The notes below the pieces were generated by a model that saw only the letters and a list, made by a program, of their open reading frames with translations, was not told the origin of the DNA and ran no database searches. Made by a program: the position numbers and the translations under genes. 64,000 bases of DNA from Tagaea sp. GTDB lineage: Bacteria; Pseudomonadota; Alphaproteobacteria; CACIAM-22H2. The stretch lies in NCBI GenBank assembly GCA_965228135.1, contig OZ245798.1, positions 247,656 through 311,655 of the forward strand. The letters run 5' to 3'. Of the stretch, positions 26,841 to 37,218 are shown piece by piece (within the stretch, counting starts at the first letter, position 1; the number at the start of each line of letters is the position of its first letter).

Positions 26841-28141
26841 TCGATCCGTCGACCGCTTTGATTGGTTTCGCATTGCTGATCGGCCTGATGGCGATCGGTC
26901 TGCACATCGCCTTCGTGATGTTCGCGATCAGCATGATCGGCGCCGTGATGTTCTTGGGCACACCGGCCGTGATGAATTTCGGCAACCAATTCTGGGGGGC
27001 CACGAACAATTTCGTGCTCGTCGCGATCCCGTTGTTCGTGCTGCTGGGCGAAATCCTGGTGCGCGGCGGCTTCACCGATCGCATGTATAAGGCGTTGTCC
27101 GATTGGCTGAACCCGCTGCCCGGCGGCTTGCTGCACACGAATATCGGTGCCTCGGCGATGTTCGCGGCCGTATCGGGTTCGTCCGTCGCCACGGCGGCGA
27201 CGATCGGCACGGTTGCGCTGCCGGCGTTCCGCAATCGCGGCTACGACGAACGCTTGGTGCTCGGCACCGTCGCGGCGGGCGCCACGCTCGGCATCCTGAT
27301 TCCGCCCAGCATCAACATGATCATCTACGGTGCCATGACCAACACGTCCGTCGGGCGGCTTTACGCCGCCGGCGTGCTGCCCGGCCTCGTGCTGACGGGC
27401 TTGTTCATGTTGGTCGTGATCGTGCTGTGCAAATGGCGCCCCGCCTTCGCGGGACCCGTGGAAGCGCGCGATCCGTTCCTGGTGCGTGTTGCGCGTTTGG
27501 TCGATCTACTGCCGCCGGCGGCGATCTTCGTCGCGGTGATGGGCACGATCTATGCGGGCTGGGCGACGCCCACGGAGTCCGCGGCGATCGGCGTCGTCGT
27601 CGCACTGGCGCTGGCGGCGTGCTACGGCAAACTCAATTTCCGCATGCTGCATGAAAGCTTCGTGTCGACCGTGTCGATCACGGCGATGATCATGCTGATC
27701 GCGGCGGCGGCGTTCTATTTGAACTTCGTCCTTGGCCTGATGGGTGTGCCGCAGGCCTTGGCGAACTACGTCAAGTCGATCGGCGCGTCCCCCGGGCAGA
27801 TGATCGCGATCCTGACCGTGTTCTATCTCATCCTCGGCTGCTTCCTCGATGCGTTGGCGATGGTCATCGGCACGATCCCGATCGTGTTCCCGCTGGTCGT
27901 GGCGATCGGCATCGATCCCGTGTGGTTCGGCATCTTCTTGGTGGTGATGGCCGAACTCGCGCTGATCACGCCGCCGGTCGGTATGAATCTCTACGTCGTG
28001 CAGGGTATTCGCGGCACCGGTACGATCACCGAAGTGATCGTCGGTACGCTGCCGTTCCTGTTGATGATGCTGTTGTTGGTTTGGTTGTTGTGGGTTTGGC
28101 CTGACATGGCGTTGTTGCTGCCGCGTCTGTCGTTCGGGTGA
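26837..28141 (+). CDS. dctM: TRAP transporter large permease
   Basis: AIPLFVLLGEIL, SGSSVATAATIG, GILIPPSI, ITPPVGMNL motifs. Confidence 0.93.
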   Translation: MIDPSTALIGFALLIGLMAIGLHIAFVMFAISMIGAVMFLGTPAVMNFGNQFWGATNNFVLVAIPLFVLLGEILVRGGFTDRMYKALSDWLNPLPGGLLHTNIGASAMFAAVSGSSVATAATIGTVALPAFRNRGYDERLVLGTVAAGATLGILIPPSINMIIYGAMTNTSVGRLYAAGVLPGLVLTGLFMLVVIVLCKWRPAFAGPVEARDPFLVRVARLVDLLPPAAIFVAVMGTIYAGWATPTESAAIGVVVALALAACYGKLNFRMLHESFVSTVSITAMIMLIAAAAFYLNFVLGLMGVPQALANYVKSIGASPGQMIAILTVFYLILGCFLDALAMVIGTIPIVFPLVVAIGIDPVWFGIFLVVMAELALITPPVGMNLYVVQGIRGTGTITEVIVGTLPFLLMMLLLVWLLWVWPDMALLLPRLSFG

Positions 28142-28145
28142 TGCG

Positions 28146-29021
28146 ATGAAGACACTGGCGCATCCGGGCCGGTTCGACAACACGCCGCTGCCCCATCGTT
28201 CCGTCCGCACTTGGCCGGGTGGGGCGAAGCTCGCGGTCTATGTGGCGCTCAATCTCGAAAGCTATGCGTTTGGCGAGGGGTTGAGCGAGGATATCGTGCC
28301 GGGCTCCGGTCAGCCCGACGTGCTGAACTGGTCGTGGCGCGAATACGGCAACCGTGTGGGCGCGTGGCGGTTACTCGACCTATTCAAGGAGTGTGAGTTG
28401 CCGCCGTCGTTGCTGGTCAATTCAACGATCTACGATCGCCACGCGCCGCTTGTCGCCGCCTATCGCGCGGCGGGTGCGGCGATCGTGGCGCATGGGCGCA
28501 CCAATAGCGAGAGCCAGGCGGGGCTCGACGTAGCGGGCGAACGCGCCTTGATCGTCGAGGCCCGCGACGCCATCGCCGCGCACGAGGGCAAAGCGCCGCA
28601 AGGCTGGCTGGGCCCTTGGATCGCCGAGACCGCGCGCACGCCCGATCTGCTGCGCGAGGCGGGGTTCGGCTATTCGCTCGATTGGTGCATGGACGATCAG
28701 CCCGTCGCGTTGAGAACGCGCACGGGCGATTTGCTGGCCGTGCCTTATCCGCAGGAGCTCAACGATTCGAACGCGATCGTCGCGCGTCGCCATTCCGCGG
28801 CCGAGTTCGCGGATATGATCGTGGCGCAGTTCGACGAAATGCGCGCCCAAGCGGCCTCGGGCCCTTGCTTGGTCATGGGGGTCGCACTCCACGCCTACGT
28901 CGCGGGGCAGCCCTTCAGGTTGCGCGCGTTGCGCAACGCGCTGCGCCATATCGCAGCGCCCCATGCCGACGTTTGGCGCACGACGACGGATGCGATCGCG
29001 CAGGCCTGGTCGAACGGTTAA
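28146..29021 (+). CDS. Polysaccharide deacetylase (CE4) / PuuE-like hydrolase, second copy
   Basis: WPGGAKLAVYVALNLE, REYGNRVGAWR, AHG, GWLGPW, DWCMDDQP, LHAYVAGQPFR. Confidence 0.82.
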   Translation: MKTLAHPGRFDNTPLPHRSVRTWPGGAKLAVYVALNLESYAFGEGLSEDIVPGSGQPDVLNWSWREYGNRVGAWRLLDLFKECELPPSLLVNSTIYDRHAPLVAAYRAAGAAIVAHGRTNSESQAGLDVAGERALIVEARDAIAAHEGKAPQGWLGPWIAETARTPDLLREAGFGYSLDWCMDDQPVALRTRTGDLLAVPYPQELNDSNAIVARRHSAAEFADMIVAQFDEMRAQAASGPCLVMGVALHAYVAGQPFRLRALRNALRHIAAPHADVWRTTTDAIAQAWSNG

Positions 29022-29027
29022 GCGCCG

Positions 29028-29549
29028 TTAGAATTCCGCGAGCGCCGCTTCGGCGGTTTTGCCCATCGGCGCGAATTCCGCCGCGCCGATGATCGACGCG
29101 ATGCGGCCGCTGTCGTCGACCAGCGGGCATAGCGCTTGTTCCACGTCGCGCATCCAATTCGGCGGCCGGAACAATGTCTCGCCTTTGTAATATTGCGGCA
29201 TGCCGGTCGCGGCGATGCGCTGAACCAAGCGATACAAGGCCGTGCGCGTGCTGCCGGGGATTTCCGTCTCGTTCACGCGCCGGCCGGTGAAGTCGCCGCC
29301 CGAGGATTCGACGAGATAGGTGCCGTGCACGCGGACAACGAACTCTCGCGATGTCGGACACAGATCCAGCAGGAACAGATTTTTCCAGCCGCGCGGGGGC
29401 AGGTCGAGCGGCGTGAAGCGTTCGCGCAACGGCGCTTGGCCGTTCTTGGCCAATGTCGACCAATGTGCGGCGAGCGCTTGCACGGGTTCGCTGGCGATCG
29501 TTGGCCAGGCGAAACGGTGATTCGTCGAATCATAAACAACGTCGGTCAT
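29028..29549 (-). CDS. Stand-alone PAS-fold protein (PAS_5/DUF1457-like)
   Basis: LAAHWSTL...PLRERFTPLDLP...FLLD...FVVRVHGT...G.DFTG...LCPL pattern typical of these alphaproteobacterial proteins. Confidence 0.65.
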   Translation of the reverse strand: MTDVVYDSTNHRFAWPTIASEPVQALAAHWSTLAKNGQAPLRERFTPLDLPPRGWKNLFLLDLCPTSREFVVRVHGTYLVESSGGDFTGRRVNETEIPGSTRTALYRLVQRIAATGMPQYYKGETLFRPPNWMRDVEQALCPLVDDSGRIASIIGAAEFAPMGKTAEAALAEF

Positions 29550-29704
29550 GCGACGCTCAATTGGCGGGCGTGCCGTCCACCGTCAAGGCGCACCGGTGCC
29601 GCGACACCCCATCCAGTCGCAAGAATACATGCGGCAGGGGTGCCGATTTCGGGTCCGCGAAGGAACGAAATCGGGAAGGTCGAAACATTCGACGGAACTA
29701 GCTA

Positions 29705-30700
29705 ATGCCGCAGGAAATATTTCCGGATATGATTGCAGCCATGCTTTTCGATCGGTTCAAGCGTTGCGTATTGATCATGGCTGCCTGCGCGGCGTTGCTA
29801 TCGCAGGGTGTCGCGCGCGCACAAGGCAGCGGCGAATTGTCGCTCTATGGCGGCGCTGCGGGCGGCGCATTCCTGCCTTACGCGCAAGGCTTGGCGGCGT
29901 ATCTCAGCCGCGATCCCGCGTTGCGCACGCGCGCCGTGGAATCGGGCGGATCGATCGCCAATTTGACAGCCGTTCAACGTGAAAAGAATGCGATCGGTCT
30001 CGCCTTTTTGCCGACGGTGCAGGAAGCGGCGACGTCCACCGGATTCGCGCAAGGGCGGAACTACGGCAATATCCGCGCATTGCTGCCGGCGTTCCGCAGC
30101 ACCTATCAAGTCGCCGTGCGCGGCGATTCGGATATCGGGCGCATCCTCGATCTCGATCGCAAGCGCGTCGGCGTGGGCCCCGCCGGCGGCACCGACGAAT
30201 TGCTGTTCGCGGTCGCCGCGAAGCATCTTTTTCTGAAACCGCAATTCGTCAACGGCTCGATCGCCGATCTGGGCGATGCGCTGCTGACCGGGGGAATCGA
30301 CGCGCTATGGGTGGGCGCGCGCAGTCCCATTCCCGCCATCGCCGACGTGACCGAAAAGGGCGGGGCCCGCGTGCTCGGGTTGTCCGCCTGGGATCTTGCG
30401 GGGTTGACCGCGCGCTATCCCTATCTCACGCCCGCGATCGTGCCGGCGAACACCTATCGCGGCCAAACGCGCCCCTTCGCGACCGTGGCGTCGTGGAATC
30501 TGGTGGTCGTCAACAAGGATCTGCCGGAGGAAACGGCGCTGGCGATCGTCAAGGCGATCCTGGATACGCCCGATCCCGCCAAGGAGATCCATCCTTTCGC
30601 CAGCGAGACGCGCGCGGAGTTTTTGAACGAGAACCGCGTCGTGGATTATCACCCGGGCTTGCTGCGCTATTTGCGCGAGCGCCCGGCGAAGCCGCACTGA
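29705..30700 (+). CDS. TAXI family TRAP solute-binding protein
   Basis: GGAAGGAFLPYAQG, ESGGSIANL, KRVGVGPAGG, GGIDALW, PAIVPANTYRGQ, YHPG. Start uncertain. Confidence 0.85.
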   Translation: MPQEIFPDMIAAMLFDRFKRCVLIMAACAALLSQGVARAQGSGELSLYGGAAGGAFLPYAQGLAAYLSRDPALRTRAVESGGSIANLTAVQREKNAIGLAFLPTVQEAATSTGFAQGRNYGNIRALLPAFRSTYQVAVRGDSDIGRILDLDRKRVGVGPAGGTDELLFAVAAKHLFLKPQFVNGSIADLGDALLTGGIDALWVGARSPIPAIADVTEKGGARVLGLSAWDLAGLTARYPYLTPAIVPANTYRGQTRPFATVASWNLVVVNKDLPEETALAIVKAILDTPDPAKEIHPFASETRAEFLNENRVVDYHPGLLRYLRERPAKPH

Positions 30701-30703
30701 GCT

Positions 30704-31987
30704 TTACTCCAGCGTGAAATCCGCGCGCTCGGCGTCGTAGGCGAACAACTCCGCAAAGCGACCCCAGGCGATGACGGCGTCGAGTGTCGCCTCGGACTCG
30801 TCCGTTTCCAGAAAATCCTCCAGCTCCGCCAGGAACCGCGCGCGCGGCGCCGTATGGCTGTGCCGTTCCTCCAGCACGCGGCGGATATGCGCGGCCAGCG
30901 GCACGTTGCGCGCCAGATGCGTGGCGAAGATTTCCTTGCGGCGCAGCAGATCGGTATCGAAATAGACGCGGCCTTCGGGCGTGAGCAGCACGTCGCCGTC
31001 GCGCAAATGCGCGAAGCCGAGAAGTTCCGTCGCTTCGATCGTCGGCAGCAGCATGTCGAGCGTCAGGCCCAGCGCGTCGGCGAGTTCGGGCAGATCGGCC
31101 TTGCCCGCGCGTTGGGGTTCGGCCAGCGCTTCGATCAGGCCCGCGATCTCGTTGGCGGAAACGCGCGGCAATTTCTCGCCCAAGGTCGCGGGCGGGCGCG
31201 TGCTGCCGGGACCGGCATCGCCGCGCTTGGTCATCGCAGCGTAGATGCGATCGACCAGATCGCGGAAGGGTTGCGATTGGCGGTCGCGCGGATGTTTGAG
31301 CGGGATCGCGACTTCCGACGCGACGCGGCCGGGATTGGCGGAAAGGATCACCACGCGGTCGCAGAAGGCGACGGCTTCCTCGATATTATGGGTGACGAGC
31401 AGCACGGCTTCGGTCGTCGCCTTGCCTTCCTGCCACAAATCGATGAAGTCGGTGCGCAGGGTTTCGGCGGTGAGCACGTCGAGGGCGCTGAAGGCTTCGT
31501 CCATCAGCAACAGGCGCGGATGGACGACCAAGGCGCGTGCGATCCCCACGCGCTGGCGCATGCCGCCCGACAGCTCCTTCGGGAAGGCGCGCTCGTAACC
31601 GTCGAGGCCGACCATGTCGATCGCGGCAAGCGCCTTCGAGCGCCGATCCGCCTCGGCCACGCCGCGCGCTTCGAGGCCGAGCTCGACGTTCTGCTGCACG
31701 GTCAGCCACGGGAACAGCGCGAAACTTTGGAACACCATCGCGATGCCGGGCTGCGGCCCATCGACGGTGTGGCCGGCGAAGCGGATCTCGCCGCCGGTCA
31801 CGGCGTCAAGGCCGGCGATCAAACGCAGCAGCGTCGATTTCCCGCAGCCCGAGCGGCCGAGCAAGCCGACGATCTCGCGCGTTCCCAGCGCGAACTCGAC
31901 GCCGTCGAGCACGGGCTCGGCGTCGGGTTCGCTCGAATAGGTCTTCACGACCTTGCGCACGTCCAATAGCGGTTCCATGGCGATCAT
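30704..31987 (-). CDS. NitT/TauT-type ABC ATP-binding protein with C-terminal AAA-associated domain
   Basis: [30 protein letters not shown]-terminal extension (LPELADALG...VIAWGRFAELFAYD). Confidence 0.88.
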   Translation of the reverse strand: MIAMEPLLDVRKVVKTYSSEPDAEPVLDGVEFALGTREIVGLLGRSGCGKSTLLRLIAGLDAVTGGEIRFAGHTVDGPQPGIAMVFQSFALFPWLTVQQNVELGLEARGVAEADRRSKALAAIDMVGLDGYERAFPKELSGGMRQRVGIARALVVHPRLLLMDEAFSALDVLTAETLRTDFIDLWQEGKATTEAVLLVTHNIEEAVAFCDRVVILSANPGRVASEVAIPLKHPRDRQSQPFRDLVDRIYAAMTKRGDAGPGSTRPPATLGEKLPRVSANEIAGLIEALAEPQRAGKADLPELADALGLTLDMLLPTIEATELLGFAHLRDGDVLLTPEGRVYFDTDLLRRKEIFATHLARNVPLAAHIRRVLEERHSHTAPRARFLAELEDFLETDESEATLDAVIAWGRFAELFAYDAERADFTLE

Positions 31988-33684
31988 CCCAAGCGATAGC
32001 GCCGCACGGCGAGTTTGTAGAGCGGGTCCCACAGCACGCGGTTGAGCGCCACGACGAACAGCGACATCAGCGCGATGCCCAAGGCCAAACGCGGAAAGTC
32101 GCCGCTGTCGGTCGCGGCGGCGATGTAGCTGCCAAGGCCCGTCGCCTCGAATTTGCGATCGCCCCAGGAGACCACTTCCGCGACGACGGTCGCGTTCCAC
32201 GCACCTCCGGCGGCGGTGACGAGACCCGTGACGAGATAGGGATAGACGCAAGGCAGCGCGACGCGCCGCCACCAGAGCAGGCCGCGCAGTTGCAGGTTAT
32301 CCGACGCCACGCGAAGTTCCGCCGGCATCGCCGCCGCACCCGCGACGACGTTGAACAGGATGTACCACTGGGTTCCCAGGACCACGAGCGGCGCCAAGAA
32401 ATATTCGGGGTTCAAGCCCCAGCGCGCGATCGCGATGACGAAGACGGGATAGAGCAGATTGGCGGGGAAGGCCGCGAAGAATTGCGCGATCGGCTGGATC
32501 GCGCGCGTCCAGCGCGGGCGCAAGCCGATCCAGATGCCGATCGGCGTCCAGATCGCGGCGGCGAGCAGGATCATCGTGGTGACGCGCAAGGCCGTGGCGC
32601 CGCCCGCGAGCATGGCCGTGACGATTTCGTCCGGCGGCAATTTGCCGAGCACGAAGACGGTCGCGGCGAGCGCGCCGCCGCCGCCGCCGATCAGCGCGAT
32701 CGTGTTCCACAGCGCGTTGCGCGGCTTGACGGCGCGTTCGACGCGCCGGCCGTCGATCGGCGTCAGGCGGCGCAGCAAGGCGCGACCCAGCACGCGGCCC
32801 ACGCGCGCGCGGCGGAACAGCGTCAGCACGATCGAGCGCGGCGGCTTGTCGCCGGGCTCGGTCTCCAGGCGAAAGCGCTCCGACCACGCGACCAGCGGGC
32901 GGAACAGCAGGAAATCGACGCCCAGGATCAGCACCGCCATCGTTCCGATCGCGTAGAACACGGCGTCGATGCGCCGCGCGTCGATCGCGGCGGCGATGTA
33001 GGAACCGATGCCGGGCAGGGCGACGGTCTCGCCGCCAACCGAAATCGCTTCGGCCGCGACGACGAAGAACCAGCCGCCGGCGACCGACATCATCGCGTTC
33101 CAGACGAGGCCGGGCATCGCAAACGGCACTTCCAGGCGCCAGAACCGCGCGCGCGCCGATAGCCCGAAGGCGCGCGACGCTTCGGCCAGTTCCGTCGGCA
33201 CGGTCTTCAGCGATTGATAGAAGCTGAAGGTGAGGTTCCAGGCTTGCGAGGTGAACAGCGCGAAGATCGCCGCCGCCTCGTAGCCCAAGACCCAGCCGGG
33301 CAGGGCGACCGATACGCCCGCGACCAGCAGCGACACGTAGCCGAGGATCGGCACGGATTGCAGCACGTCGAGCAGCGGGATCAACACGCGCTCGGCCGCC
33401 GGATCGCGCGCGGCGGCGGGCGCATAGATCAACGTGAAGATCAGCGACAGCGTCAACGCCGCGCCCATCCGCGCCAGCGTGCGCAGCGCGTAATAGGGCA
33501 ACAGCGTGGGATCAAGATCGACCGGCGGCAGGCCCGAATGGCCGATGCGCGTGCCCATCGCCGCGAGTTGCCAGCCCGCCAACGCCACCACACCCAGCAC
33601 AAGGCCGATCGCGGCCAGATCGGCCGGGCCCAAAGGCGGCGGAAAATGCCGCAGCGAGTTGCGGAAGAGACGCGTCGTGGTCAT
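31984..33684 (-). CDS. NitT/TauT-type ABC permease with two fused TM domains
   Basis: Duplicated BPD_transp-like halves: DVLQSVPILG...WNLTFSFYQSL and QFFAAFPANL...WYILFNV. Confidence 0.85.
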   Translation of the reverse strand: MTTTRLFRNSLRHFPPPLGPADLAAIGLVLGVVALAGWQLAAMGTRIGHSGLPPVDLDPTLLPYYALRTLARMGAALTLSLIFTLIYAPAAARDPAAERVLIPLLDVLQSVPILGYVSLLVAGVSVALPGWVLGYEAAAIFALFTSQAWNLTFSFYQSLKTVPTELAEASRAFGLSARARFWRLEVPFAMPGLVWNAMMSVAGGWFFVVAAEAISVGGETVALPGIGSYIAAAIDARRIDAVFYAIGTMAVLILGVDFLLFRPLVAWSERFRLETEPGDKPPRSIVLTLFRRARVGRVLGRALLRRLTPIDGRRVERAVKPRNALWNTIALIGGGGGALAATVFVLGKLPPDEIVTAMLAGGATALRVTTMILLAAAIWTPIGIWIGLRPRWTRAIQPIAQFFAAFPANLLYPVFVIAIARWGLNPEYFLAPLVVLGTQWYILFNVVAGAAAMPAELRVASDNLQLRGLLWWRRVALPCVYPYLVTGLVTAAGGAWNATVVAEVVSWGDRKFEATGLGSYIAAATDSGDFPRLALGIALMSLFVVALNRVLWDPLYKLAVRRYRLG

Positions 33685-33721
33685 CGAGGATTTCCCGGGA
33701 ACGCGCCTTCATACGCCCGAA

Positions 33722-34243
33722 CTATGACGAATGCGATGGCGCCGTATCGCGCGGCGGGACCGTGGTTCGCAGCGCATGGCCGATCGCCGCCCCCAGAAGC
33801 GCGCCGCTGGCGACGTCGAGGGGGAAATGCGCACCGAGATAGATCCGGGCCCACATCGTCGCCGCGACGAAGACGACGCCCATAACCGCATCGAGCTTTC
33901 GGCGCGCGACGAGCATCCAACACGCGGCGGCCAGCGTCGCATGGGCCGAGGGCAGGCCATAGGTCGCGGCGTGATGCGCGAGATTGCCGCCGAGCCCCAG
34001 CATGAAAGGGCGCGGGCTGGCGAAAAGATGCTGGAACGCGACCACGGCGGCGGTTGCCAGCGCGGCCGCGACGGCAAGGTGCTGGATTTCACGTATCCGG
34101 TTTTCGGCCCAGAGCCGCAATAGGGGCAAAGCGAGCAGCAGCGGCCAGAACGACAGCATCTGCGCGATCGCGAGCAAGGCAGTCGCGGGATCGTCGTTGG
34201 CGGTTAGCCACAGGAACAGGGCGGTATTGGCGTGGTTCAGCAT
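33722..34243 (-). CDS. PAP2 family phosphatase (BcrC/YbjG-like undecaprenyl-diphosphatase-like)
   Basis: SPRPF, LPSAH and ARIYLGAHFPLD catalytic motifs, hydrophobic. Confidence 0.82.
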   Translation of the reverse strand: MLNHANTALFLWLTANDDPATALLAIAQMLSFWPLLLALPLLRLWAENRIREIQHLAVAAALATAAVVAFQHLFASPRPFMLGLGGNLAHHAATYGLPSAHATLAAACWMLVARRKLDAVMGVVFVAATMWARIYLGAHFPLDVASGALLGAAIGHALRTTVPPRDTAPSHSS

Positions 34244-34412
34244 GGGGATGTCGATTCCGTCACAAAGCGGCGGCGTAGGGCTGTGTGGAGAATGAAGGCG
34301 GCGTCGGCAGGATCTTGTTTTTCGACATTATGAAAACTCGATAAACGCCGGAAAAATATAGATATGTGATGAATTGTAACGGCGCTGGGGCGAAATCTTA
34401 TCGATCGGCGCA

Positions 34413-34443
34413 TTGACATGAAATTGATATCCGTCATATGGAA
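34413..34443 (+). promoter_or_regulatory. sigma70-type promoter with imperfect palindrome (IclR operator candidate)
   Basis: TTGACA (34413-18), 16-nt spacer, CATATG. ATCCGTCATATGGAA (34429-43) is an imperfect 15-bp inverted repeat over the -10, in an AT-rich intergenic region. Confidence 0.5.
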
Positions 34444-34478
34444 CTCATGCGGCGGACACAAGCCGCGATGGGAGAGAA

Positions 34479-36203
34479 ATGTCCGGTCGTACGCTCAGCG
34501 TCGTCGAAAGCGGTGAAGGCGAAGCCACACGGGAAATTCCGGGCGCGCAGGCGTTGCGCCGGGGGCTGTCGCTGCTCGACATCGTCGCCGAAAGCGACAA
34601 GCCGCTGCGCTTCGTCGAGATCGCCGAACAATCGGGCCTGTCCAAGCCGACCGCCCATCGCATGCTGGCGACGTTGGTCGAAGCGGGCTTGCTGCGGGTC
34701 GACGAGCGCGACCAGACCTATCGTCTGGGCTTCCGCCTGTTCCGCATGGCGCATCGGGTGTGGAACGAATTCGATCTGCGCGGCGCCGCGTCGCCCGAAC
34801 TCGCAAGGCTCGCGGATCTGACCGGGGAGGCGGTGCGCCTCGCGGTCCTCGACGATACCTCCGTCCTTTATATCGACCAGCGCGACAGCGCCCAGGCCGT
34901 GCGTTTGGGGCTGGGCGTGGGGGCCCGCGTTGCCGCCCATGCCAGCGGGGCGGGCAAGGCGATCGTCGCGCATCTCGATCCCCAGCATCGTCAAACGATG
35001 GTGAGCCGCCTGTCGCTGGAACGCTTCACGCCGAACACGATCGTCGATCCGGTCGAATTCGCGCGCGAGCTCGAACTCACCAAGGGGCGCGGCTACGCCG
35101 TTTCGTTCGGCGAGCAGCATGCCGATATCAGCTCGGTCGCCGCCCCGATTTTCGATCACCGCGCGATCGCCATCGGCGCGATCGCGATCGTCGGACCGTC
35201 CTATCGCATGGGCGTGGACCGGCTTCACGCCTTGGGCCGCGACGCGATCGAAGCCGCGCGCCGCGTCTCGGGCAATGTCGGCCAGCTCGCCATGTCGATC
35301 TCCATCAATCCCCGCCCGCTGGGCCCCGCGCGCGACGATCTGCGCTGCGCCGTGCCGTCGGCCTGTTTCCTGGGCGAAGGCCCGGTGTGGTCGGCCGCCG
35401 ACAAGCGCCTGCTGTTCGTCGATATCCTCGCCCCCTCGGTGATCCTCGCGGACCCGGAAACCGGGCAGTTCGTGTCGAAGCCGATGCCCGAATTGATCGG
35501 CGCGGCCGTGCCGCGCGCGCGCGGCGGCTATCTCGCGGCGACGCAGACCGGCTTCAAGACGTTCGACTGGTCGTCGGACACGATCACGTCCGTCGCCAAT
35601 CCCGAAGCGGGCAAGCCCGGCAATCGCTTCAACGACGGCAAATGCGACCGGCGCGGACGCTTTTGGGCCGGCACGCTGGCGATCACGACCTCGCCCGGCG
35701 AAGGGGCGCTGTATCGCCTCGACCCGGACGGGTCGGTCGCGACGATGGGGAGGGGCTTCCACATCTCCAACGGTCTGGGCTGGAGCCCGGACGACAAGCG
35801 CTTCTACTTCGCCGATTCAGGCACGCGGCGCATTTACGTCTACGATTTCGATATCGACAGCGGCGATATCGCCAATCGCCGCGTCTTCGTGCAATTGCCG
35901 GAGAATGCGGGCATTCCCGACGGGCTGACGGTCGATGCCGAAGGCTTCGTGTGGAGTGCGCATTGGGACGGCTGGTGCGTCACGCGCTACGACCCGGACG
36001 GCAAGGTCGACCGCGTGGTGACGCTGCCGGTTCCGCGCCCCACGAGCTGCTGCTTCGGCGGGCCCGATCTTTCGACGCTTTACATTACGACGGCGCGTAT
36101 CCGCATGTCGCAACGCCAGCTCGCGGAGGCGCCGCTTTCCGGCGGTGTCTTCGCATTGCGTGCCGGCGTGCGCGGCCAAGCCGATACGCCGTTCGCAGGG
36201 TGA
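34479..36203 (+). CDS. IclR-family regulator fused to SMP-30/gluconolactonase domain
   Basis: N-terminal IclR HTH ([10 protein letters not shown]...[12 protein letters not shown]) and effector domain (HASGAGKAI...RGYAVS). C-terminal SMP-30 motifs LGEGP, RFNDG, ISNG, PDG. One uninterrupted 574-aa frame. Confidence 0.9.
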   Translation: MSGRTLSVVESGEGEATREIPGAQALRRGLSLLDIVAESDKPLRFVEIAEQSGLSKPTAHRMLATLVEAGLLRVDERDQTYRLGFRLFRMAHRVWNEFDLRGAASPELARLADLTGEAVRLAVLDDTSVLYIDQRDSAQAVRLGLGVGARVAAHASGAGKAIVAHLDPQHRQTMVSRLSLERFTPNTIVDPVEFARELELTKGRGYAVSFGEQHADISSVAAPIFDHRAIAIGAIAIVGPSYRMGVDRLHALGRDAIEAARRVSGNVGQLAMSISINPRPLGPARDDLRCAVPSACFLGEGPVWSAADKRLLFVDILAPSVILADPETGQFVSKPMPELIGAAVPRARGGYLAATQTGFKTFDWSSDTITSVANPEAGKPGNRFNDGKCDRRGRFWAGTLAITTSPGEGALYRLDPDGSVATMGRGFHISNGLGWSPDDKRFYFADSGTRRIYVYDFDIDSGDIANRRVFVQLPENAGIPDGLTVDAEGFVWSAHWDGWCVTRYDPDGKVDRVVTLPVPRPTSCCFGGPDLSTLYITTARIRMSQRQLAEAPLSGGVFALRAGVRGQADTPFAG

Positions 36204-36210
36204 TCCATCA

Positions 36211-37214
<1,004 letters not shown>

Positions 37215-37218
<4 letters not shown>

